64,000 nt of DNA, taken from assembly GCA_964404855.1 (NCBI GenBank), contig CAYOLO010000001.1, positions 595,396 to 659,395 on the forward strand, in the 5' to 3' direction. This DNA comes from an uncultured Gammaproteobacteria bacterium. GTDB taxonomy: Bacteria > Patescibacteriota > Microgenomatia > CAYQLK01. Under the pieces are notes generated by a model. It did not search any database. It saw only the letters and a program-made list of their open reading frames with translations, and was not told the DNA's origin. Below are positions 55,381 through 64,000 of the stretch, piece by piece (the stretch's first letter is position 1; each line of letters starts with the position of its first letter). Position numbers and translations under genes: made by a program.

Positions 55381-56487
55381 TTAACTAAGTGAGAGTAGTT
55401 TTTTGACTTGGGAAACTGCTCTTGGGAGCTCGTCGTTAACGATATAAACGATTCCCAAATCTGGATTTTGGGTGAATAGTGTTGTTTCGGCTACTTCGGT
55501 GATTTGACCTGGACCCATAGTGGATTCTAGGTATGAATCTTTGACACTGTAACGGTCTTCGACTTCTGGATCTTTGTGCGTTGGGTCACCGTAAGTGCGA
55601 ACAATAACACGTGTAGCTAATTCCAAGATTCCACCACCTGGAGGAAGAATACAAACTGGCTGAAGTGTTAGCTCAGGTAGTAGCTCTGGTGCATTTTTAC
55701 TTATGTTGACAACTTCGCCAGGGCTTTGTTCGATAAACGCGATATTAGACTTGGCAAAAGCTTCTTTGGTTGCTGCAACGGTTGTGCCGTAACGGCCGCG
55801 ACCTGGGCGAAGAAGATCCGCAAGGAATGGACCTTGTGCTAGATATTTGTTTTCGCCACTAGCATCCAAACCTTCCACATCAACGCCATCAATATAGTGA
55901 TAATCAACTCCAGCTTCTTCGCCTGGGCGTCTGGCGCGAGTTGTGGTGTTAACTACACGAGGACCTGAGAGTTTAATAATTGTTCCTTTGCCTGTGCCAC
56001 CAATGCCGAGCATTGGCACGCCGACTTTTTTACCGTTACCTATTGCCTCTTCAACTTTGGCTTGACCTTTGGCTAGTGTATGGTCTTCAAGCGCCGAAGC
56101 GATATCTTCGTCAGCGATACCTTCGGTATTAAGACCGACACCTTCAGCTAGGTTGTGTAGTACTTGGTTGTAGTTGGATTGATATTCAAATAATGTGTCG
56201 GCTTTAAGTGCTAATAGTCCGGCAATAGTTGTTGGGTCACGGCGAAGCTGTTCTCTAAGGGATTTGACTTCATCACTTGCTTCGTCAGAGATTTCGATTG
56301 TAGAAGGATTAGCAACATAACGCATAACAATCTCTGTAACTACGCCAGATTGGCTAGCAAGCCACTTGCCTGCTTCTGATTCGATATCAGCGGTACTTAG
56401 TGCATCTTTTACCTTGGAGGCAATTAGTGACATTTTTTCTTCTTCAGCTTTGTTCATATTTTTATTCACGAGAGGAGATTCTAGCAC
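55381..56487 (-). CDS. guanylate kinase-like domain protein with degenerate P-loop and ~170-aa N-terminal extension
   Basis: C-terminal TTTRARRPGEEAGVDYHYI and following region align to Gmk. P-loop GIGGTGKG is atypical. Start codon uncertain (GTG, or an internal ATG). Confidence 0.5.
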   Translation of the reverse strand: MLESPLVNKNMNKAEEEKMSLIASKVKDALSTADIESEAGKWLASQSGVVTEIVMRYVANPSTIEISDEASDEVKSLREQLRRDPTTIAGLLALKADTLFEYQSNYNQVLHNLAEGVGLNTEGIADEDIASALEDHTLAKGQAKVEEAIGNGKKVGVPMLGIGGTGKGTIIKLSGPRVVNTTTRARRPGEEAGVDYHYIDGVDVEGLDASGENKYLAQGPFLADLLRPGRGRYGTTVAATKEAFAKSNIAFIEQSPGEVVNISKNAPELLPELTLQPVCILPPGGGILELATRVIVRTYGDPTHKDPEVEDRYSVKDSYLESTMGPGQITEVAETTLFTQNPDLGIVYIVNDELPRAVSQVKKLLSLS

Positions 56488-56611
56488 CGAGCTAAAAAAT
56501 ACTCAACGGGTCAATGTGAGAAAGAATAAAATGTAATTAAGCAAATTATTTATTTTTTTTCTCGCTGAAAATATGGGCAAACTGAGCTCAAGAATATGCT
56601 AGAATCCGATA

Positions 56612-58693
56612 ATGGGATTATTTTTAACGCTTGATTTGCACTCTATATATCTGTTTATTTTTTCCATTGGTTTAGGTTTAGGCATCGGCACTGTAATAAT
56701 AAAAAATGTTTTTTATTGGGCGGTAAAGAATGGAAAGCTCACTTGTGATGAGCTAAGGATTATTCGTATTTTACAAAGAGTGGGTTGGGTGGCTATTTTG
56801 ATATATGGTTTGGGAGGGATTGGTCTTTTTTCACTCGCTTACGAAGTAATACTCGGCCTTGGAATTTTTCGAGCGAGCATGACAATTGTAGTGTTACTAA
56901 TTGTTAATGAAATATTAATTTCATTTTATTTTTTATCCCGCATGACCAAAGGTGGTAATAATGGCTTTGTACTCGACGCGATTATTTTAGGTAGCGGTGT
57001 TGTCTCCGCGGTTTCGTGGTTCTTTTTACTACTTCATCATATTTTTTATCAGACTTATATCGGCTACTTTACATTCTTGACACTGTACACGAGTGTGCTC
57101 GCCATATTTGTACTTATAACTTGGTTTGTAAGGAAAAACTCAATGACTTCTCGTGATTTGGGCGTGATAAAACGCTTTTTTCTTATCACATTATTGTTTA
57201 CGGGGATTTTAGTAATCCTATCTTATGTAACAACTAATTACACAATTGGGCTGGGTAGTTTGAAGAGAAAAGAAATAGTTAATGTTGTGCTTAACACATA
57301 TACTGCCGACGATGTAGCACTTCACAATAACTCAGAGGACTGCTGGCTAATTATCGATAAAAAAGTGTTCAATACTTCAGAAGCCTCTCGACTACATCCT
57401 GCAATGTTTAATTGTGGACAAGATGTAAGTGAAAATTATCACAAAAATCACGGAGCAACTATTCGAGATAAAATGATGAAGTTCCATATTGGCGAGCTCG
57501 GCGAGGGCAAAGGTGTGCAGAATGTGGACATTCCGTTCGAAAAACATACAACACTTAGCCCATACCGCGAACTATATGTGGAGGAAAATACCTGGAATCC
57601 CCGTGAGCTCATGATTGTTGTCGAGAAAAATGCAGAAAATCTTCTTATTATTGATGGAACCACTCACAAGCTAGTTGGGCGCGTCCATAATGTCGGATAT
57701 CAACCGCATACTTCGGTTTTTTCATCTGATGCTAGCAATATGTATATTATTTCGCGCGACGGATGGTTAACAAAAATTAATCTAAAAACATTAGAGCCTA
57801 CCCAATCGGTAAATGTTGGTGAAAATTCCCGTGGTACGGCAATTACTGATAACGACAAATATGTAGCGGTTGGAAATTATTCACCTGGGAATCTTGTAAT
57901 ACTTAATGCTGAGTCGATGGAAATACTCAAAACGATTCCTCTTACTGCAAATGTGGATGGAAAGGATGTTGAATCGCGAGCTGGAGCTGTGGTTGAAGAC
58001 GGAAACCGCATTATTGTGGCGCTTAAGGATGCAAATAGCGTGTGGGCGATAGATACAAACAAGCCTGACTTTCCTGTGACTAACAAGTTTGATGGGATTG
58101 GTAAGAATATACCTGCACTGCATGACGCGTTCCTAACTCCAAACGGTAAACATTACATTGTAGCCTCGCAAGGTTCAAAAACTGCTTGGGTTTTGGATTT
58201 GGCGACTATGAAGCCGGTTGCGGAAATTGAGACTGGGGAAACACCACACACCGGCCCAGGTGCGACTTGGGAGAATTATATATATGTTCCTGCGCTTGGA
58301 GAGGGACTAATTACGGTTATTGATACTAAGACATGGAAGCCTGCAAAATATATAAAAACGGGAGGACCGGGACTTTTTGTTCGTAGTTACAGTAAGGATT
58401 CGTCATATCCTTATGTGTGGGCCGATACTGCTTTTGGCGAGCATAAAGATGAGATATATGTGATTGATGCTCGGATTAATGAAATTGTTAAGACAATTAT
58501 CCCTGTAAAAGGAGAAAGCTCCTGGCATCCTGAATTTACTTACAATGGTGATTTTGTATATGTCGTTTCTCAGTCTGCGAATGAAGTAGAAGTCTATGAT
58601 GCTCACACCTTCGAACTGGTTGAGCGTATTAAATCAGATACACCATCAGCAATATCGAATGTCGGCCTTCGTATCGAAGAGCCTGGACTATGA
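56612..58693 (+). CDS. polytopic membrane protein with cytochrome b5-like heme-binding domain and C-terminal YVTN/cd1-type beta-propeller
   Basis: About 6 N-terminal TM segments. HNNSEDCWLIIDKKVF...HPAMFNCGQDVSENY...HGA is a cyt-b5-like pattern. Repeated beta-propeller blades follow. Confidence 0.55.
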   Translation: MGLFLTLDLHSIYLFIFSIGLGLGIGTVIIKNVFYWAVKNGKLTCDELRIIRILQRVGWVAILIYGLGGIGLFSLAYEVILGLGIFRASMTIVVLLIVNEILISFYFLSRMTKGGNNGFVLDAIILGSGVVSAVSWFFLLLHHIFYQTYIGYFTFLTLYTSVLAIFVLITWFVRKNSMTSRDLGVIKRFFLITLLFTGILVILSYVTTNYTIGLGSLKRKEIVNVVLNTYTADDVALHNNSEDCWLIIDKKVFNTSEASRLHPAMFNCGQDVSENYHKNHGATIRDKMMKFHIGELGEGKGVQNVDIPFEKHTTLSPYRELYVEENTWNPRELMIVVEKNAENLLIIDGTTHKLVGRVHNVGYQPHTSVFSSDASNMYIISRDGWLTKINLKTLEPTQSVNVGENSRGTAITDNDKYVAVGNYSPGNLVILNAESMEILKTIPLTANVDGKDVESRAGAVVEDGNRIIVALKDANSVWAIDTNKPDFPVTNKFDGIGKNIPALHDAFLTPNGKHYIVASQGSKTAWVLDLATMKPVAEIETGETPHTGPGATWENYIYVPALGEGLITVIDTKTWKPAKYIKTGGPGLFVRSYSKDSSYPYVWADTAFGEHKDEIYVIDARINEIVKTIIPVKGESSWHPEFTYNGDFVYVVSQSANEVEVYDAHTFELVERIKSDTPSAISNVGLRIEEPGL

Positions 58694-58869
58694 TTTGGAA
58701 TTGAATTAATGAATTATCGCCTTATATCTTAAATGCGATTTTTGGTTTTTTAAAAAAATATTTTTGTGAGCCAGTTAAGTTTAGATTGGAACTCTGTAAT
58801 TGACTTCTTCCAGCGCTTAAACACTACTTTCCAGCAACTTAGAATAGAAGTGCCTAATTATTATACCGT

Positions 58870-59493
58870 ATGAGTAACGACGCTGTTGTAAAAACCAGAG
58901 TAGGATTTGTTGAGGAAATTACCAAGGCTACCGACACTAAAGCTATTAAAACGAGCTTCCATGAGTTAGTTGCTTCTCTCTTGGGTAAGGAGGACAAAAA
59001 ACTAGAGCATATTCAGGAACTTGCAAAGAATTGGATAGGTGGAGACACAGAAGCAAGTAAGGCATTTAATGACGAAATAGAGGCATATTGTGAGCAGTTT
59101 CCCGTAGAAGTGGGTATACAACTCCGTAGCTCCCTCCATGTACTAGACAAAGACGCTAGCCTTGCCCTCCGAAGCAATTTAATTAAAGAGCATGGCATTA
59201 CTAAAATTACCGATAAGTTATTCCTAGACTTAGCACTTAATGCCTATTTTAGAGCGCTTAGGTGTTCTGCTATTTATCATGCACTAATACAAAACAAGGA
59301 TGGAGAAATACAAATATCACAAGTCCGTACCAACTTCTTAAAAGAGCTAAGTAAGCAAATAGAAATGGCAAACGAGCAGTTTTATAGATTTATAAAGCAA
59401 CTTGAGAAAAATGACAGTCCACCCGTGAATGTAAAGATAAATACCAAGTCTACATTTATCGGTCAAAACCAACAATTTAACAAAAACGCCTAA
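58870..59493 (+). CDS. hypothetical protein
   Basis: 207 aa, helical, no known domain. Confidence 0.4.
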   Translation: MSNDAVVKTRVGFVEEITKATDTKAIKTSFHELVASLLGKEDKKLEHIQELAKNWIGGDTEASKAFNDEIEAYCEQFPVEVGIQLRSSLHVLDKDASLALRSNLIKEHGITKITDKLFLDLALNAYFRALRCSAIYHALIQNKDGEIQISQVRTNFLKELSKQIEMANEQFYRFIKQLEKNDSPPVNVKINTKSTFIGQNQQFNKNA

Positions 59494-59512
59494 TGATTTA
59501 GGAAAAAATGCT

Positions 59513-59830
59513 ATGAAAAAAAATCTTGTGGAAAACACACCTAGACTTACAACTAATATAGTTAGCAACTTAGGCTTGGCAGAAATGGAAAGTATTGTTA
59601 TAGAAAATCAAAAGGTAAACTTAACGACTACCAGTTGTAATTTTGGTGGTAAAAGATATTGGTTTACTTGTCCTAGGTGTACTTCCAGAGTTGGTACGCT
59701 TTTTTGTCCCTATGGAGAAGATTTATACGAGTGTAGGGTGTGTAAGGGTCTTAGGTATGAACTATCTATAAATCGGAGGTCAAAAAATGAACACTTTATT
59801 AAACTTTTGCACCAAATTAAGTCTCTATGA
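59513..59830 (+). CDS. small 4-Cys zinc-ribbon protein
   Basis: CNFGGKRYWFTCPRC ... CPYGEDLYECRVC pairs of CxxC. Confidence 0.45.
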   Translation: MKKNLVENTPRLTTNIVSNLGLAEMESIVIENQKVNLTTTSCNFGGKRYWFTCPRCTSRVGTLFCPYGEDLYECRVCKGLRYELSINRRSKNEHFIKLLHQIKSL

Positions 59831-61177
59831 GTTGCTAGGTGGTGGCGGGTTAGTTTGAGGTGGCTCTACTAGCCATCCATTCTGTTTTAAGAAAGCCTTT
59901 AATAAGTCGTCACTTACATCCTCATACCCCAAGCTCCAGTAAATCTCTTTGATAAAACTAATAGTGTGGTCTTGTAGGGATTGGTCGTTATGGAGCAACG
60001 AGGTTTCTATTTCTACTTTCCATAGGTATTTGTTTTTTAATGGTACTTCTTCATCCTCATGCCAGAACATCCCACCTCTATATCCGTTAGGGACGATACG
60101 TTTTAATTGCGCTCCATTTATTCCATCCAATTCTACGTATCCATAAATTGCACCTTGGTAGTTAAATTTTGTGTAGAAATTCTTTAGAGCTTTAAGAAAC
60201 ATAACGTAATAAACCGCTAGCGTCTCAATATAGATATGTTTTCTTCTCTCATCTACACGCAATACGTCATCTGCTAAAAAGAGTAATCCAGTAGAAAATA
60301 CTTGTTGGCAACTCAACCCACCGTCAAAAGAGTGCTGGAAGCGGAATACCCCCTCTTGGATAGGCTTTACGTTTAAGTCTGGAAAATCTGTACTCCCTTT
60401 CCTATACCTAATTTGCTCCATGTTTGTTTTAATATCTAACGGGGTACAAAGTGCTTTTTGAGGATAATAGGGCTGGGCTAATATGGTCAACATTGAAGTC
60501 TCACTTCCGAGGGTCTTTTGGTAGTATTGTGAGTGATATGCTGGTGGTTGTTGTCCTTGTGCCTTAGCATTTTCAATCCGTTCTTGAAATTTTGCTTTTT
60601 CTACAGCGATAAGTTTTAGACGCTTTCTTTCTTCTGCTTTTAGCCCATCGTCGTAGTTTTCTTTGGCTATCCTTATATAATTCTCTCTAGCCAACCGTGC
60701 TTTATCTTTTTTACCAACCAATAGCTCAACTGCTTCTGGACTGGCAAGGCTAATTGGGTCTGTAATGTTTCCACTACGAACATAGATATTAGCCTCATTA
60801 TGGACATAATACGGCGTCCTATCTCCCTCATAAATCCTTACTAATATAAAAACTTTTCCATTTACTTCATTGGTTACATGCAAGTCGTAGAGCGGTCTTT
60901 GGTCTACGGAAGTAGCGTATTGATGTATTTTATCCGCTAGCTTGCTATCAAAAATAATGCCGTCAAAAACAACTGGTTTACCAGATTTGTCTTCTTCTAC
61001 GCCTATTATGATTACGCCACCTCTGCTATTGGAGAATGAGGCAAAATGCTTGGCGAGACCTTTACTCGGAAGTTCTTTTTTGTAATCTAACTGAAATCCC
61101 TCAATGTAACCCTGTTTACAGAACTCAACAACCTCTTCAAATGTGAAAGTGTCTATAGGTTTGCTTAGTATTTGCAT
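59825..61177 (-). CDS. AlbA_2 (Schlafen-like) domain protein
   Basis: N-terminal FEEVVEF...E...FASFSNSRGGVIIIGVEEDKSG matches the AlbA_2 putative DNA-binding domain. C-terminal region unknown. Confidence 0.6.
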   Translation of the reverse strand: MQILSKPIDTFTFEEVVEFCKQGYIEGFQLDYKKELPSKGLAKHFASFSNSRGGVIIIGVEEDKSGKPVVFDGIIFDSKLADKIHQYATSVDQRPLYDLHVTNEVNGKVFILVRIYEGDRTPYYVHNEANIYVRSGNITDPISLASPEAVELLVGKKDKARLARENYIRIAKENYDDGLKAEERKRLKLIAVEKAKFQERIENAKAQGQQPPAYHSQYYQKTLGSETSMLTILAQPYYPQKALCTPLDIKTNMEQIRYRKGSTDFPDLNVKPIQEGVFRFQHSFDGGLSCQQVFSTGLLFLADDVLRVDERRKHIYIETLAVYYVMFLKALKNFYTKFNYQGAIYGYVELDGINGAQLKRIVPNGYRGGMFWHEDEEVPLKNKYLWKVEIETSLLHNDQSLQDHTISFIKEIYWSLGYEDVSDDLLKAFLKQNGWLVEPPQTNPPPPSNS

Positions 61178-61205
61178 AATTTAGTGTCATGTAATTAAGT
61201 TGGAT

Positions 61206-63461
61206 TTAGCTTCTAAACCGTAGCTTAATATAATCCTGTGCTTGTGAGCCTTGCAGTTCAGACGTAGAGTTACCAGCACGGACATAAAAGCGCTGGCTTT
61301 GACCATCCTTGACGTAGATAGGTACTCTAGATGGCAAGCAGTCTATGGCAAGCATACGCTTACCCTCATGGTCTTCAAATCTTGGGTGGAGGTATACCGT
61401 CCAATGAGAGCCTATTCTGTCATTTAGCAGATTTACTAAATGTAAGTGCAACTTATCATCATTTTCAAAGCCATCTACACTTAATCCTAGTGCTTCTTTA
61501 TCATCCGAAACACCAATTAAGAGTGTCCCGCCTTTGCTATTAAGAAAACCCGCAATGGTTTTTAATACACTTAGTTCTATTCTTGGGTCTGGTTGTCCTG
61601 TATGTAAATTAGTTCTTAGAGTGGACTTAAACTCAACCGCTCCTGTCTCTCCTTGCGCAATAATATCGGCAATAGATAGGTGCGATACCTCATCATCTTG
61701 TTTTAAGTCTGATTTTAATTTGTGATAAGCGTCTGCAATTATCTGCGAAATACGCTCTCTTCTCCTCATTAAAAACTCTCTGTACTCCATTTCTTCCCAG
61801 TTATCGGGGAGACCATGCCAGTAATACATCTTTTTAATTTCTTGTGGTGAGAAGCGAGATACTATTTGTGGTACGTACTCTTTAGGGTTTGTATCAGAAA
61901 TTGCGGAGTTATCATTCCATTCCACAATCGCATAGTTAGCAATTTGGTTCGTATCTCTAAGGTCTATTATGCCGTGGGTTTTTAGGTAGGCTTTAGGATA
62001 TAGGTGGTGTCTCTCCAGAGCCGAGCGAGTGGATTTAATTGAAGCGTCTATTAAATCTGAAACTTTTTGCTTTGAAAATAGTGCGTCTGCCTCTAGGAGA
62101 ACTAACGAAGCATAAAAGGCAAAAAGAGATGGACTACGTGGTGATGAAGTTGCAAGGCTATTGGGTAGGTTGATAGACCAATAGTCGTCTGTAAACACCT
62201 CTGCACAAATACGCTCTAACTCACCGATAAACTCATCTGCCTCTGTTACGTTTCTAAACCGTGCTAAGTCAAACTCCATAGCGCTCTCTGGTGAGCCTGT
62301 AAATCGTCCTGTTAAGCTGGACATAAAGAACCAACGGGCGATTACCTGTCTTAACTTAAACTCTTCTACTTTGTATTCTGTACGCCCTATAAGGTAGAGA
62401 GTGTAGGCAAACATTAGGTTAGTTTGGGAGCTTATGTAATCGCTATTACGGTAGCCAGATAGTGCTATGGCTTTGAGGAAATCGTGCCAGTAGGTGAGAT
62501 TTAACACACGGGATTGAGCATTTTTAAGTACCTCAAATTGGTCAATTCTTCTTTGCTCACTAAACTCACCCGTCTCTAAATCCTTACCTCTTAAAATTGA
62601 GTAGACGTAGTGTAATCTCGCTCTCTTAAAACCTAAGCCTACGCTTACTCTTAGTAATTGGTCTGGGTCTGGTTGAGAAACTAAATTATATGGCGATGGC
62701 TGACCAGTTGAGGGAGTTTTAGCCATGCGACAAAAATCTTCTAGCATAGTTCTACCCTCATCCCAGAATACGGACATTAAGGTAAGGATAAAGTCCGATT
62801 GGTTAAGTGGTTTACCCTCGCTATTTATACGGACAAATATCTCTGCTACTTGCTCCTCTGTAATAGCAGAAGATAATTCCAATGCCGTAAAAGGGAAATT
62901 TAGTAGGTTAGATAATCGTGTAATTGACTGTCGTATTTTCTTTACATCTTCTGGAGTAAGGCTTGCCACCTCTTGATTATTTTGGATATACGTATCTACA
63001 AGTTCAAAAATATCTGTAGATTTATTCCAAAGCATGGAGATATTAGGGATGTAAGACCTGTCTTTTTTTATGGCGGCGTCCGATACTGCAAAGCGTTCAG
63101 TAATAGGGTTAAATGATATTTCTATCTTTTCTTTTTGGTAGTTTTCTCTCACTACTTCTACACCTTGGATAACCGCAAAGAGTGAGGTAAGTCTTTGTTG
63201 ACCGTCTACGATAAGCAATCTCGCAGGTTTTTGCTTGGCATCTGCTCCAATTTGTCTTGCTTCCTCAACAAAAGCATTTTGCCAAAAAAGTAAGTATCCA
63301 ATTGGGTAGCCCCGATACATACTGTCAAAAAGGTCTCTAACTTTCGTATCTTTCCAAACAAAAGGGCGCTGTATGTCTGGCAAACCTATCTCGCCCATCT
63401 CTATGTAGTTGACCAGAGTGCCTAAATCGTAGCGTACTTCTTTGAATAATCTATCTGCCAT
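61206..63461 (-). CDS. GmrSD-family Type IV restriction endonuclease (DUF262 + DUF1524) fused to C-terminal AlbA_2 domain
   Basis: N-terminal LPDIQRPFVWKD...YPIGYLLFW (DUF262). HHLYPKAY...NYAIVEWNDN (DUF1524 His-Me finger). C-terminal GETGAVEFKSTL...FLNSKGGTLLIGVSDDKEALG (AlbA_2). Confidence 0.75.
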   Translation of the reverse strand: MADRLFKEVRYDLGTLVNYIEMGEIGLPDIQRPFVWKDTKVRDLFDSMYRGYPIGYLLFWQNAFVEEARQIGADAKQKPARLLIVDGQQRLTSLFAVIQGVEVVRENYQKEKIEISFNPITERFAVSDAAIKKDRSYIPNISMLWNKSTDIFELVDTYIQNNQEVASLTPEDVKKIRQSITRLSNLLNFPFTALELSSAITEEQVAEIFVRINSEGKPLNQSDFILTLMSVFWDEGRTMLEDFCRMAKTPSTGQPSPYNLVSQPDPDQLLRVSVGLGFKRARLHYVYSILRGKDLETGEFSEQRRIDQFEVLKNAQSRVLNLTYWHDFLKAIALSGYRNSDYISSQTNLMFAYTLYLIGRTEYKVEEFKLRQVIARWFFMSSLTGRFTGSPESAMEFDLARFRNVTEADEFIGELERICAEVFTDDYWSINLPNSLATSSPRSPSLFAFYASLVLLEADALFSKQKVSDLIDASIKSTRSALERHHLYPKAYLKTHGIIDLRDTNQIANYAIVEWNDNSAISDTNPKEYVPQIVSRFSPQEIKKMYYWHGLPDNWEEMEYREFLMRRRERISQIIADAYHKLKSDLKQDDEVSHLSIADIIAQGETGAVEFKSTLRTNLHTGQPDPRIELSVLKTIAGFLNSKGGTLLIGVSDDKEALGLSVDGFENDDKLHLHLVNLLNDRIGSHWTVYLHPRFEDHEGKRMLAIDCLPSRVPIYVKDGQSQRFYVRAGNSTSELQGSQAQDYIKLRFRS

Positions 63462-63555
63462 ATTTATATTTATAACTATAGTCCAAAGTCTTTAGCATTT
63501 GTATTTAATCAGTTGATTTTTTGTAACAAATGCTAAATAATGATAAGTAGATTAT

Positions 63556-63723
63556 ATGGCAAAAGATGACCTTTTTTCAATAGAAGAAGTGGCTAAGACG
63601 CTCAAAGTTTCGTATATTACCGTTTACAGGTGGATTAGGGCTAATAAATTACCGTCTTTTAAGGCGGGTAAGCAGTATAGAATAAAAAAAGTAGACCTAG
63701 ATACTTTTCTAAAAGTTAAATAA
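63556..63723 (+). CDS. excisionase-family HTH DNA-binding protein
   Basis: 55 aa; LFSIEEVAKTLKVSYITVYRWIRANKLPSFKAGKQYRIKKVDLDTFL is the typical Xis/AlpA-type HTH. Confidence 0.6.
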   Translation: MAKDDLFSIEEVAKTLKVSYITVYRWIRANKLPSFKAGKQYRIKKVDLDTFLKVK

Positions 63724-63731
63724 AGATAAAT

Positions 63732-64000
63732 ATGAGCGACCAAATCAATAAAATAAACAAAAAAGCCACCGTTAATTTAGAGGAGCTACTAAAAAGCGAC
63801 GCACCCTATCTTGTAGAAGATGGCAAAGTAAACTTAGAGAAACTAAAAGGCTTGCTAACAGGTAAAACTACCGAAAAAGAAGACGACAGATTTTATTTTA
63901 ACTGGGCTGGCAAGGATAAGGTTTTCCAAGCTATCCAAGCACCAGCCTACTCAACACTAGCACCTCGCAAAGATAAATCTATCGGATGGGACGAGACCGA
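63732..64000 (+). CDS. N-terminal fragment of Type III restriction-modification Mod-like DNA methyltransferase (continues beyond window)
   Basis: FYFNWAGKDKVFQAIQAPAYSTLAP resembles the LNWxGK...L motif at the N-terminus of Type III Mod methylases. Confidence 0.45.
   Translation, partial: MSDQINKINKKATVNLEELLKSDAPYLVEDGKVNLEKLKGLLTGKTTEKEDDRFYFNWAGKDKVFQAIQAPAYSTLAPRKDKSIGWDET

Noticed and set aside
1-64000. CRISPR arrays, rRNA genes, transposases or IS elements
   Set aside because: No regularly spaced direct repeats, no rRNA-like segments and no transposase-like ORFs were found. The only mobile-element-like signals are the Xis-type HTH and the GC-rich island.

Overview
AT-rich bacterial window, about 64 kb, with small genes and frequent short overlaps. 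The gene content (sortase with substrate, truncated UvrC, SecG, YvcK, many secreted glycan enzymes) fits a Candidatus Saccharibacteria/CPR-like genome; that placement is inference only. The core backbone holds an SOS/NER neighbourhood (uvrC, uvrA, uvrB, lexA) interleaved with unannotatable proteins, plus glycolysis genes (eno, gpmI, ppsA, 2-oxoacid:ferredoxin oxidoreductase), rsmI, murC, pgeF, three tRNAs (His, Arg-TCT, Lys-CTT) and several secreted or surface proteins. Non-backbone regions: (1) a markedly GC-rich island near 39.9-49.6 kb carrying a GtrA/GT-C/processive-GT2 glycosylation module, a GH-like lipoprotein, and a highly unusual zinc-ribbon plus tandem Cys/His-repeat plus RGG-tail protein, each gene with its own hairpin terminator; (2) a predicted small RNA of about 185 nt with a perfect sigma70 promoter and an intrinsic terminator near 50.37-50.59 kb; (3) a defence island at the 3' end (Schlafen-like AlbA_2 protein, a GmrSD-type Type IV restriction enzyme fused to AlbA_2, an excisionase-type HTH, start of a Type III Mod methylase); (4) a PD-(D/E)xK nuclease-like protein with an overlapping acidic partner ORF between uvrB and lexA, and a 637-aa protein with a RelE/ParE-like C-terminus between uvrA and uvrB. 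No CRISPR array, rRNA or classical transposase was seen.
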